This document shows positions 37,884 through 46,761 of a stretch of 53,420 bases of DNA, in pieces. The DNA lies in NCBI GenBank assembly GCA_023265155.1, contig JAHFUL010000001.1, positions 52,516 through 105,935 of the forward strand, written 5' to 3'. The notes beneath the pieces were generated by a model, which made no database searches, was not told the origin of the DNA, and worked only from the letters and a program-made list of their open reading frames with translations. The stretch comes from Acidobacteriota bacterium. GTDB taxonomy: Bacteria > Acidobacteriota > Vicinamibacteria > Vicinamibacterales > CAVVIG01. How positions within the stretch are numbered: the stretch's first letter is position 1; each line of letters starts with the position of its first letter. The position numbers and the translations under genes are program-made.

Positions 37884-38846
37884 GTGCGCGCGTTGATCAC
37901 AGGCGGCGCCGGATTCATCGGATCCCATCTGAGTGAGGCCCTGCTCGACGAGGGGCATGGCGTCCTGATTCTCGACAACCTCTCGACGGGCGCGATGAGC
38001 AACATCGCGCATCTCAAGGGGCGCGCGGAATTTGAATACTTCATTGATACCGTCGAGAACGAGCCGCTGCTCGCGGAGCTCATCGATCGCAGCGATGTGG
38101 TCTTCCACCTGGCCGCCGCGGTGGGGGTCAAGCTCATCGTGGAGCAGCCGGTCCATACGATCGAGACCAACGTGCACGGAACAGAGGTCGTCCTGAAGCA
38201 CGCGAACAAGAAGAAAAAACTGGTCGTCATCGCGTCCACCTCGGAGGTCTACGGGAAAAGCGTGGACGTGCCGTTTCGCGAGGACTCGGATCTCGTGATG
38301 GGGCCCACACCAAAGCATCGGTGGGCCTATGCCTGCAGCAAGGCGATCGACGAGTTCCTCGCGCTCGCCTACTGGAAGGAGCGCAAGCTTCCGGTCATCA
38401 TCGTCCGCTTCTTCAACACGGTCGGGCCACGCCAGAGCGGCCAGTACGGGATGGTCATTCCGAATTTCGTTCGGCAGGCCCTCGCGGGCGAGCCGATCAC
38501 CGTGTTTGGCGACGGCAGGCAGTCGCGGTCGTTCACCCACGTGACCGATGTCGTGGGCGCGCTGTTGAAACTGGTCGCCGAGCCCGCCGCCATCGGACAG
38601 GTCATCAATATCGGCTCCACGCAAGAGGTGACGATCGGGCGGCTCGCCGAACGGATCCGCGAGCTCACGGACTCCGCGTCACCCATCAGGTTCATTCCCT
38701 ATGACGAGGCCTACGAGTCGGGCTTCGAAGACATGCCGCGTCGGGTTCCCGATCTGACCAAGGTCCACGCGATGATCGGCTACGAGCCTCAGCACACCCT
38801 GGATGACATCCTCGTGCAGGTGATCGACTACTTCAGGCGGAAATGA
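37884..38846 (+). CDS. NAD-dependent epimerase/decarboxylase (UDP-glucuronate decarboxylase / ArnA-C-terminal-like SDR)
   Basis: Contains ITGGAGFIGSHL, STSEVYG and RWAYACSK (YxxxK). The start is uncertain: GTG at 37884 gives the typical N-terminus, while TTG at 37860 is the ORF-track start. Confidence 0.8.
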   Translation: MRALITGGAGFIGSHLSEALLDEGHGVLILDNLSTGAMSNIAHLKGRAEFEYFIDTVENEPLLAELIDRSDVVFHLAAAVGVKLIVEQPVHTIETNVHGTEVVLKHANKKKKLVVIASTSEVYGKSVDVPFREDSDLVMGPTPKHRWAYACSKAIDEFLALAYWKERKLPVIIVRFFNTVGPRQSGQYGMVIPNFVRQALAGEPITVFGDGRQSRSFTHVTDVVGALLKLVAEPAAIGQVINIGSTQEVTIGRLAERIRELTDSASPIRFIPYDEAYESGFEDMPRRVPDLTKVHAMIGYEPQHTLDDILVQVIDYFRRK

Positions 38847-38914
38847 GAGATGGCGCGGCCCTCTTGGGGCGCCTGCGGAGGGGTATACTGGTACGGTCGC
38901 GAACAGGAAGAAAC

Positions 38915-39613
38915 ATGAACACACGAAAGATTTTCGGTTTCGCCGCGGCCGCGTTTCTCGCGGCAGCCGGGCCGGCACGCGCAGACGTGCGGTTGACCAT
39001 GCACGACGGTCTTGTCACGATCGTCGCCAAGGACGCGACGCTGCGTCAGATTCTGGCCGAATGGGCCAAAGTGGGCCAGGCGACGATCGTCAACGCCGAT
39101 CGCATTGCGGGCGGGCCCATCACGATCGAGCTCACCGACGTTCCGGAAAGACAGGCCCTCGACATCCTGTTGCGTTCGGTGAGTGGCTATTTCGCCGCGC
39201 CAAGACCGACGCTCGTGCCCAACGCGGGCCGGTTCGATCGCATCTTCGTGCTCCCGGCCGCCGCGCAGCCGCGGACGGCGTCTGCGAGCAGTCCGCCGCC
39301 CCCGTTGGTGCAACCGACCCGTTTTCAGCTGCCACAAGCGTCCGACGTTGATGATCTGAACTTTGCAACTGATCCGACCCTGCGCGTGCCGGTTGTGAAT
39401 ATGTTCAACCCGCCCTTCCCGGGGGCGCCGGACGCGGGACGCGCCGCACCCCCTCCCACATTTGCTCCTCCGACGGCGCCAGTGGGCACTTCGGCTCCGG
39501 GAATGGTGCTGCAACCGACGCCGGTGACCATCCCGCAGCAAGGTCCACCGCCGATGCCCGTGGCCCCACCGCCGCTGCCTGGGGCACCATCGCAGGTGCC
39601 TGGAGGATTCTGA
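38915..39613 (+). CDS. Secreted protein: signal peptide, a small globular N-domain (STN-like by eye) and a proline-rich C-terminal half
   Basis: 232 aa from ATG 38915. MNTRKIFGFAAAAFLAAAGPARA-DV looks like an Sec signal. The C-terminus is over 30 percent Pro by eye. Confidence 0.6.
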   Translation: MNTRKIFGFAAAAFLAAAGPARADVRLTMHDGLVTIVAKDATLRQILAEWAKVGQATIVNADRIAGGPITIELTDVPERQALDILLRSVSGYFAAPRPTLVPNAGRFDRIFVLPAAAQPRTASASSPPPPLVQPTRFQLPQASDVDDLNFATDPTLRVPVVNMFNPPFPGAPDAGRAAPPPTFAPPTAPVGTSAPGMVLQPTPVTIPQQGPPPMPVAPPPLPGAPSQVPGGF

Positions 39614-39631
39614 GGTTCACGGTCCGTCCCC

Positions 39632-40084
39632 ATGCCGATTGTCGATGACGTGAGCGCCGCGATCGCCGACGCCATGCGCCGGCAGGATCGGGCGAGGCTC
39701 AGCGCTCTGCGCATGCTCAAGGCGGCGTTCATGAACCGCTCTGTCGAGAAGGGCCGCGATCTCGACGATGGAGAAGCGAGACAGGTGGTGAGCTCGCTCG
39801 TCAAGCAGCGGAAGGACGCGATCGAACAGTTCACGAAAGGCGACCGCAGGGATCTCGCCGAGAAGGAAGCCGCCGAGATCGTCGTGCTCGAGGCCTACCT
39901 GCCGCCTGCGGCCGATCCCGCCGCAATCGACCGCGCGGTCGTGGAGGCAATTGCCGAAACCGGCGCGGGATCCGCGAAGGATATGGGACGCGTCATGAAG
40001 GCCGTCATGGCAAAGCTGGCCGGCCAGAACGTCGATGGCAAGATGGTCAACGAGCTGGTTCGCGCCAAACTCGGCACCGCCTGA
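39632..40084 (+). CDS. GatB/YqeY domain-containing protein
   Basis: 150 aa, containing LSALRMLKAAF...EAEIVVLEAYLP...MGRVMKAVMAKLAG, typical of the YqeY family. Confidence 0.85.
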   Translation: MPIVDDVSAAIADAMRRQDRARLSALRMLKAAFMNRSVEKGRDLDDGEARQVVSSLVKQRKDAIEQFTKGDRRDLAEKEAAEIVVLEAYLPPAADPAAIDRAVVEAIAETGAGSAKDMGRVMKAVMAKLAGQNVDGKMVNELVRAKLGTA

Positions 40085-40092
40085 CGATTCAG

Positions 40093-41721
40093 ATGCTACC
40101 CGACGCCGCCTCGGGCGCCGGCACACTGCCGGATCCCCCCGATGGACGGCTCGCCCGCTCGGCCGGACTGGCCGGCGTCGCCACGCTCGCCAGCCGCATC
40201 CTGGGTCTCGTCCGCGAATCGGTGCAAGCGGCAATCTTCGGCGCCAGCAACGAGATGGACGCGTTCCTCGTTGCGTTCCGAATCCCCAACCTGGCGCGGG
40301 ACCTCTTCGCCGAGGGCGCCATGAGCGCCGCGTTCGTTCCCACCTTCACCCGCGATTTGACGCTTCGGGGAAAAGCGGACGCCTGGCGTCTTGGCAACAA
40401 CGTGATCAACGCGTTGTTGTGCGCGTCGGGACTGCTCGTCGTCGTGGGAATTGCTTTCGCGCGTCCGCTGGTCACCGCGTACGCCGGAGACTACGCCGCC
40501 GTGCCGGGCAAGCTCGAGCTGACCGTCGAACTGAGCCGCGTGTTGATGCCCTTCCTGACCCTCGTCGCGATCGCCTCGGCGATGATGGGCATGCTGAACT
40601 CACTGCATCACTACTTCGTCCCGGCGCTGTCGCCCGCCATGTTCAACATCGCCGCCATCGTCTGCGCGGTGGCGCTCGTGCCTCTCATGCCCGTCCTGGG
40701 ATGGCCCCGCGTCATGGCCGTGGCCATCGGTGCCATTCTTGGAGGCATCGGACAGATCGTCATCCAGGTGCGACCGTTGTGGCGCGAGGGCTTTCGCTAC
40801 CGCCCGATGCTGGACACCCGCGACGAAGGACTGCGTCGGATCCTGGTCCTGATGGGGCCAGGGACGCTCGGTCTTGCCGCGACCCAGGTCAATGTCCTCA
40901 TCAACACGATGCTCGCGACGAGTCAGGGCACGGGTGCCGTGTCCTGGCTGACCTACGCCTTCCGGCTCATGTATCTGCCGATTGGTCTGTTTGGGGTGTC
41001 GGTGGCGACGGCCGTTCTTCCGCAGGTCGCGCGACACGTCGCTCTCGGCGATCATCAGGCCATACGTGGCACCGTCTCGCGCGGACTCGCGCTCATGCTG
41101 GCCGTCAATGTGCCCGCGATGCTGGGCTTGATCGTGCTGGCGGAACCGATCACACGCCTGCTGTTCGAGCGCGGGCGGTTCCTGCCGTCGGATACGGCAG
41201 CGACGGCGGACGCCCTTCGGTTCTACGCCGTGGGGCTCGTCGGCTACTCGGCGGTTCGCATCGCATCCCCAGTGTTCTACGCACTCGGCCGGAACCGCCT
41301 GCCGGTGGGTGCCGCCTTCGGGTCGATCGCCGTCAACGTCCTCGCCAGCGTCCTTCTCGTGAGACTGCTCGGCTTCCGTGGACTGGCGCTCAGCACCTCG
41401 ATTGCCGCGCTCATCAATGGAGGGGCGCTCATCTGGCTCCTGCGGAACCCGCTCGGCGGTATCGATGGCGGTCATCTTCTTCTCACGTTCGTCAAGACTC
41501 TCAGTGCCGCCGCGGTGATGGCCGCGGTAGCCGTCGGCATCGAGCGCTGGGTCGTGGTGATTGTTGGAAACGATCGCGTGATCGATCAGAGCATCTGTCT
41601 GAGCGTCTCCATCACCGCCGGGCTCCTGGCGTTGGCTGCAGCGGCCAGGCTCCTTCGCATTCGCGAGTTCGACGAGGCGTTTGCTCTCGCCCGCGAGCGT
41701 CTGCAGAAGCTGCGCGGCTGA
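40093..41721 (+). CDS. murJ: Lipid II flippase MurJ
   Basis: 542 aa MOP-superfamily membrane protein. The N-terminal segment SRILGLVRESVQAAIFGASNEMDAFLVAFRIPNLARDLFAEGAMSAAFVP is diagnostic. Confidence 0.92.
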   Translation: MLPDAASGAGTLPDPPDGRLARSAGLAGVATLASRILGLVRESVQAAIFGASNEMDAFLVAFRIPNLARDLFAEGAMSAAFVPTFTRDLTLRGKADAWRLGNNVINALLCASGLLVVVGIAFARPLVTAYAGDYAAVPGKLELTVELSRVLMPFLTLVAIASAMMGMLNSLHHYFVPALSPAMFNIAAIVCAVALVPLMPVLGWPRVMAVAIGAILGGIGQIVIQVRPLWREGFRYRPMLDTRDEGLRRILVLMGPGTLGLAATQVNVLINTMLATSQGTGAVSWLTYAFRLMYLPIGLFGVSVATAVLPQVARHVALGDHQAIRGTVSRGLALMLAVNVPAMLGLIVLAEPITRLLFERGRFLPSDTAATADALRFYAVGLVGYSAVRIASPVFYALGRNRLPVGAAFGSIAVNVLASVLLVRLLGFRGLALSTSIAALINGGALIWLLRNPLGGIDGGHLLLTFVKTLSAAAVMAAVAVGIERWVVVIVGNDRVIDQSICLSVSITAGLLALAAAARLLRIREFDEAFALARERLQKLRG

Positions 41722-41767
41722 CGAAGGGTCGGATCCGTACGTGATACGATCCGATCGACAGCCTGAC

Positions 41768-42553
41768 ATGCCACGCACTCGTTCCCCCTACGCATCCAGT
41801 ATTTCCTTCGGGCCCGGACCGCCCTCGACGGCGATCAAAGCGATCATCGCGGCCAATGTCGTCCTGTTTCTCGCGCAGAGCTTCGGCCTGCGCGGCGTGC
41901 CGTCGTACTCCGACGCGGTAACGGAATGGCTGGGGTTACACCCGGGGAACGTCCTCGGTCCTCTGGTCAAAGATGGTCATCTGTACGTCTGGCAGCTCGC
42001 GACCTACATGTTTCTCCACGGCGGCATATCGCACATTCTGTTCAACATGCTGGCGCTGTGGATGTTCGGGACCGAGTTAGAGCGGATGTGGGGCACACGC
42101 TATTTCCTGAAGTATTACTTCGTCACCGGGATTGGCGCGGCGATCCTGACGGTGCTCTTTTCCCTGCTGCCGTTCGGCTTCGCCGCCAGTGTTTACAAGT
42201 CCAACGTGATCGGCGCGTCTGGCGCCATCTACGGACTGCTCCTCGCGTACGCTCTCTATTTCCCGGATCGGCCCATCTACATGTACCTCGTGTTTCCCAT
42301 CCCGGCGAAGTACTTCGTCATGATCATGGGAGCGCTCGCCTTCTACTCGTCAGTTGGCAACATCGGGGGTGTCGCGAGCGCGACGCACCTCGGAGGGCTG
42401 CTCGTCGGCTATCTTTACCTGAAGGGTGTGCGCATTCACCCCTTGTCCGACGTGAAGTACCGCTACGTGAAGTGGAGGATCAACCGCGTCCGCAAGAAGT
42501 TCGACGTGTACTCCGGCGGCCGCACCGACGACTGGGACCGGCGGATTCACTAG
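41768..42553 (+). CDS. Rhomboid-family intramembrane serine protease
   Basis: 261 aa from ATG 41768, with HGGISHILFNM, the catalytic GASGAIYG and a downstream histidine in SATHLGGLLVG. Confidence 0.88.
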   Translation: MPRTRSPYASSISFGPGPPSTAIKAIIAANVVLFLAQSFGLRGVPSYSDAVTEWLGLHPGNVLGPLVKDGHLYVWQLATYMFLHGGISHILFNMLALWMFGTELERMWGTRYFLKYYFVTGIGAAILTVLFSLLPFGFAASVYKSNVIGASGAIYGLLLAYALYFPDRPIYMYLVFPIPAKYFVMIMGALAFYSSVGNIGGVASATHLGGLLVGYLYLKGVRIHPLSDVKYRYVKWRINRVRKKFDVYSGGRTDDWDRRIH

Positions 42554-42578
42554 GCGCTATCTCACAAACACGGTGCAG

Positions 42579-42643
42579 CCACGACAGCACGAAATCACGA
42601 ATTAGAACATTGGGCATTGTTTCGTGTTTTCGCGTTTTCGTGG
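42579..42643. repeat. Hairpin of CACGAA-type heptamers (23-nt arms, 19/23 paired, 19-nt loop)
   Basis: CCACGACAGCACGAAATCACGAA pairs with TTCGTGTTTTCGCGTTTTCGTGG. Same motif family as 16517-16581, again between convergent genes. Confidence 0.7.
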
Positions 42644-42690
42644 CGATTCGGATTGATGAGATGACTTCTAGTGCAGGCGGTAGACCTGAA

Positions 42691-42735
42691 GGCCTGCGCG
42701 ACGAACGTCATCGCAGGCCGGAAGCTCGGGCCTAC
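42691..42735. repeat. Stem-loop GGCCTGCG-N13-CGCAGGCC adjacent to a degenerate or interrupted REP half-site (GTAG-GCCCGAGCTTC on the minus strand)
   Basis: Read directly from the sequence. The TAG of the GTAG tail (42732-42734) is the cupin stop codon. Confidence 0.6.
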
Positions 42736-43097
42736 GAGCCCAGCGGGTCGGTGGCGGCGCGACTGGGCCAATCCTGGCGGATCGGGCTGAAAAAATCGAG
42801 CTCGAATGTGTCCTCGAGCGCTTCAGCCTGATGCTCGATGCCGGAAGGGATGTGCAGCACCTCGCCTTCACGCACGGTGATCTCTTCTCCACCGACGAGG
42901 AATCTGAGCGCGCCCTGCAGCACGTAGGTCATCTGCTCGCTCTCGTGCGCGTGCATCGGCACCAGACAGCCTCGCTTGACATAGATCTGGACGAGCATCT
43001 CACGCTCCCCCTTCACGCTCTTGCGCGAGAGCATTTCGGTGACTTTCTCTAACGCAATCTCGTCCCACCGATGAAGCTCCGCCGTCGTCGGGGCCAT
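42732..43097 (-). CDS. Cupin-domain protein
   Basis: 121 aa from ATG 43097, with metal-site-like motifs PMHAHESEQ and [10 protein letters not shown]. The remainder of the 410-aa ORF overlaps the E1 gene antisense. Confidence 0.8.
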   Translation of the reverse strand: MAPTTAELHRWDEIALEKVTEMLSRKSVKGEREMLVQIYVKRGCLVPMHAHESEQMTYVLQGALRFLVGGEEITVREGEVLHIPSGIEHQAEALEDTFELDFFSPIRQDWPSRAATDPLGS

Positions 43098-43148
43098 GGG
43101 GACGAAGGATATCTCATCGGGTCCGAATGCTATAATCCAGACCCCAAA

Positions 43149-45272
43149 ATGGACGGGACTGTCGTCAATTCTCCGGCCGCACAAGCATTCGACGGGCTGA
43201 GCCGTCACGATCTCCTGAACGTGTATCGCGTCATGCTCTGTTCCCGCAAGCTGGATGACAAGGAAATCCAGCTGCGGAATCAAAACCGCATGTATTTCCA
43301 AATCAGCGGCGCCGGACATGAGGCCGTGCTCGTGGCGGCGGGCCTGACGCTCAAGGCTGGCTACGACTGGTTCCATCCGTACTACCGCGATCGCGCACTC
43401 GCTCTCCAGCTCGGCATGACATCGCTGGACATTCTCCTGGCGGGCGTCGCGGCAGAACGCGACCCGAGCAACGGCGGTCGTCAGATGCCGTCTCACTGGG
43501 GCAGTCCCGAGCGGCACATCGTGGCCGGTTCGAGCGCCACCGCGACGCAGGTGCTGCACGCGGTGGGCATGGCGGAAGCCGGTCTGATCTACGAACGAGT
43601 GACCGGGATTCCCGATCGGGAGACGCGTTTCCAGCGGGATGAAATCGTCTACGTCTCGCTCGGCGAGGGCGCGACGAGCGAAGGCGAGTTCTGGGAAGCG
43701 CTCAACACGTCGTGCACGAAGCAACTGCCGGTGCTTTTTCTCATCGAAGACAACGGGTACGCGATCTCCGTTCCCGTCGAGGTCCAGACGCCCGGAGGCG
43801 ACATCTCGAAGCTGTTGCGATCGATGCCGTCGATGCACATCGCCTCCGTCGACGGCACGGATTTCTTTGCGAGTCTGCGCGTCATGCGGGAGGCCGCGGC
43901 GTACGTGCGCGCTCGCAAGGGCCCGGCGCTCGTCCACGCGCACGTCGTCCGGCCGTATGCCCATTCCTTCTCAGACGATGAAAGGCTCTACAAGACGCCT
44001 GCCGAGCGGGAGGCGGAGGCGCGTCGTGATCCGCTGCCGCGCTTTGCCGAATTCCTTCGGGCACAGTCGCTCGCGACCAGCGTGGACCTGGCCGCGATCG
44101 GCACTGAGCTCGATCGCGAGATCGAAGCGGCGGTCCTCGAGGCGCTGAAATCACCGCAGCCGCCGCCGGCGAGCGCAGCGTTCTGGGTGTATTCGCCGGA
44201 CGTCGACCCGACCTCCTCGGCGTTCGCCACTCCACCCGCGCCTGAGGGTCCCGCGGAAACGATGCTGGACGCCATCAATCACACCTTGAAGGACGAGATG
44301 CGACGCGATCCGCGGATCGTGGTGTTCGGGGAGGACGTCGCCGACGCGAGCCGTTCGGAGGTACTGCCGCTCGTCAAGGGAAAGGGCGGCGTCTTCAAGG
44401 TCACGTACGGACTTCAGCGGCTGTACGGGAGTGATCGCGTCTTCAACGCGCCGATTGCAGAAGCCAACATCGTGGGCCGAGCGGTCGGCATGGCGGGCCG
44501 CGGGCTCAAGCCTGTCGTCGAGATCCAGTTCTTCGACTACATCTGGCCCGCGATGATGCAGATCCGGAACGAGCTCTCGATGCTGCGCTACCGGTCGGGC
44601 AATCACTTCTCCTGCCCGGTCGTGATCCGCGTGCCGATCGGCGGCTATCTGCGCGGCGGCGGGCCGTACCACAGCCAGTCGGGCGAAAGCATCTTCGCGC
44701 ACTGCCCCGGGCTCCGAATCGTCTATCCGTCGAATGCAGCCGATGCCACCGGGCTGTTGCGGACCGCCATCCGCTGTGACGATCCGGTCATGTTTCTCGA
44801 GCACAAACACCTGTACCGGCAGACGTACAACAGAAGCGCGTACCTGGGGCCGGAGTTCATGCTGCCGTTTGGGCGGGCCGATTTGCGTCGGGACGGCGCC
44901 GACGTCCTGGTGATCACCTGGGGGGCGCTGGTCCAACGATCACTCGTCGCGGCGCAGATGGCAGAAAAGCACGACATTCAGGCGGCGGTCCTCGATCTGC
45001 GGACCATCGCGCCGTACGACTGGGCGGCCATTGCGGAGCACGTCAGGCGGATCAACCGCGTTGTCGTGGCTCACGAAGATCAGCTCACCTGCGGGTTCGG
45101 TGCGGAGATTGCCGCGAGAATCGCGGGGGAGCTGTTCGAGCATCTCGACGCGCCGGTCAAGCGCGTTGCCGCTCTGGATACGCCGGTCGCCTATGCTCCG
45201 GAGCTCGAAGAGGCCATCCTGCCCCAGACGTCAGACGTTCTTGCGGCGATTCAGGAAACGGCCCGCTACTAA
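43149..45272 (+). CDS. Fused E1 alpha-beta component of a thiamine-diphosphate-dependent 2-oxoacid (branched-chain-type) dehydrogenase
   Basis: 707 aa from ATG 43149. The alpha part has the TPP motif [15 protein letters not shown]...[12 protein letters not shown]. The beta (transketolase-like) part has FGEDV...[13 protein letters not shown]. Confidence 0.85.
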   Translation: MDGTVVNSPAAQAFDGLSRHDLLNVYRVMLCSRKLDDKEIQLRNQNRMYFQISGAGHEAVLVAAGLTLKAGYDWFHPYYRDRALALQLGMTSLDILLAGVAAERDPSNGGRQMPSHWGSPERHIVAGSSATATQVLHAVGMAEAGLIYERVTGIPDRETRFQRDEIVYVSLGEGATSEGEFWEALNTSCTKQLPVLFLIEDNGYAISVPVEVQTPGGDISKLLRSMPSMHIASVDGTDFFASLRVMREAAAYVRARKGPALVHAHVVRPYAHSFSDDERLYKTPAEREAEARRDPLPRFAEFLRAQSLATSVDLAAIGTELDREIEAAVLEALKSPQPPPASAAFWVYSPDVDPTSSAFATPPAPEGPAETMLDAINHTLKDEMRRDPRIVVFGEDVADASRSEVLPLVKGKGGVFKVTYGLQRLYGSDRVFNAPIAEANIVGRAVGMAGRGLKPVVEIQFFDYIWPAMMQIRNELSMLRYRSGNHFSCPVVIRVPIGGYLRGGGPYHSQSGESIFAHCPGLRIVYPSNAADATGLLRTAIRCDDPVMFLEHKHLYRQTYNRSAYLGPEFMLPFGRADLRRDGADVLVITWGALVQRSLVAAQMAEKHDIQAAVLDLRTIAPYDWAAIAEHVRRINRVVVAHEDQLTCGFGAEIAARIAGELFEHLDAPVKRVAALDTPVAYAPELEEAILPQTSDVLAAIQETARY

Positions 45273-45281
45273 GCCCGAGAC

Positions 45282-46094
45282 ATGAGGATCATCGACAAGG
45301 GCCAGGGGATCCCGGTCGTGCTGGTGCCCGGTATCCAGGGTCGATGGGAGTACTTCGGACCCACCGTTGAGGCACTGTCCCGATCGCATCGCGTCATCAC
45401 CTTTTCGCTGTGCGACGAACCGGGCTGGCGGCCATCGGGCGACCAGAGACCCGGGCTCGACCGGTTCGTCGACCAGATCGATGCGGCTCTCGCCGAGAGC
45501 GGCCTCGAGCGCGCCGTGATCTGCGGCATCTCGTTTGGAGGGCTGGTGGCCCTTCGCTTCGCCGCCAGCAGACCAGACCGCACGACGGCGCTCGTGCTCG
45601 CCTCTGTCCCTGGTCCGGGTTGGCACCTCCGGCGGTCGCACCGCCGCTACGTGCGCTTCCCGTGGCTGTCCACGCCGCTCTTCCTGACCGGCGTGCCGGG
45701 ACGACTCCGGGGAGAAATTGCGGCAGCCATCCCCGATCCCGTCGAACGTCGGGGATTCACTCGCGGGTTGCTCGGGCTGCTCCTGAAAGCGCCGCTCTCC
45801 CCGTCCAGAATGGCGGCCCGCGCGCGCCTGATCGACGGCGTCGATAACGCCGCAGAGTGTGCGCGGATTGCGGCCCCCACGCTGCTCGTCATGGGAGAGC
45901 CCGAGCTCGATCATGTGGTGTCTGTTGGCGGCACGAACGAGTACGCGCCACTCATTCCAGGGTCGCTCGTCGTGACACTGGATCGCACCGGACATCTGGG
46001 ATGCATCACCCGTCCGGTGGCATTCGCTGAGGCGATCGGCGGTTTCCTGAAAAGCGCCGGCGTCGCGTCGCGTTCTGGCGAACATGCTGCGTGA
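45282..46094 (+). CDS. Alpha/beta-fold hydrolase
   Basis: 270 aa with a nucleophile elbow GISFGG and an HG-like N-terminal oxyanion region. Confidence 0.8.
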   Translation: MRIIDKGQGIPVVLVPGIQGRWEYFGPTVEALSRSHRVITFSLCDEPGWRPSGDQRPGLDRFVDQIDAALAESGLERAVICGISFGGLVALRFAASRPDRTTALVLASVPGPGWHLRRSHRRYVRFPWLSTPLFLTGVPGRLRGEIAAAIPDPVERRGFTRGLLGLLLKAPLSPSRMAARARLIDGVDNAAECARIAAPTLLVMGEPELDHVVSVGGTNEYAPLIPGSLVVTLDRTGHLGCITRPVAFAEAIGGFLKSAGVASRSGEHAA

Positions 46095-46752
46095 AATCCC
46101 GGGGCCCGCCGGCCGGCTGGAAGCGTTGCTCGACGAGCCGGCCGATTGCCGCCGCGTCAACCAGGATGGTCTCGTTGAATCGGGCTTCAACGGAAGGGTC
46201 CACGCGGCCGTCGTCTTCGGTCATCCGCACCCTCAGTATGGCGGGACGCTGCACACGAAGGTGGTGTACCAGTCGGCGAAGGCGCTTGCGCGGATCGGGT
46301 GCGCCGTTTTGCGATTCAACTTTCGCGGCACCGGGCTGAGCGCGGGCGCCTTTGACCACGGCATTGGCGAACGCGCCGACTTCCAGGCCGCGCTCGACTT
46401 CATGAGCGGCCGTTATCCTGAAGCACCGCTGTGGGCGGCGGGCATGTCGTTCGGATCGTGGGTCGGGCTGACGACCGGCGCCGCCAATCCACGGGTCTCG
46501 GTGCTGATCGGGGTCGCCGCGCCGATTGCGCACTACGATTTTGCAGCCGTGCAAGCGAGCCCGAAGCCGAAGTTCTTCATCCACGGAGAACGCGATGAAG
46601 TGGGTCCGCTCGAAGACCTCCGTCGGTTCTACGCCCGATGCGCCGATCCCAAGGAGCTCGTCGTCATCGACACCGCCAATCATCTGTTCGATGGTAAGGT
46701 CAGTGAGGTTGCTGACGCGCTTGAAGACTTGCTGGGCGACTGGCCCGACTAG
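46084..46752 (+). CDS. Alpha/beta-fold hydrolase (COG2945-like)
   Basis: 222 aa with HPHPQYGGT, FNFRGTGLS and nucleophile elbow GMSFGS. It overlaps the upstream hydrolase by 11 nt. Confidence 0.8.
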   Translation: MLREIPGPAGRLEALLDEPADCRRVNQDGLVESGFNGRVHAAVVFGHPHPQYGGTLHTKVVYQSAKALARIGCAVLRFNFRGTGLSAGAFDHGIGERADFQAALDFMSGRYPEAPLWAAGMSFGSWVGLTTGAANPRVSVLIGVAAPIAHYDFAAVQASPKPKFFIHGERDEVGPLEDLRRFYARCADPKELVVIDTANHLFDGKVSEVADALEDLLGDWPD

Positions 46753-46761
46753 GAGAGACAC

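Noticed and set aside
42732-43964. 410-aa minus-strand ORF
   Set aside because: Only the last 121 aa form a cupin domain. The upstream part is antisense to the E1 dehydrogenase and has no recognisable motifs.
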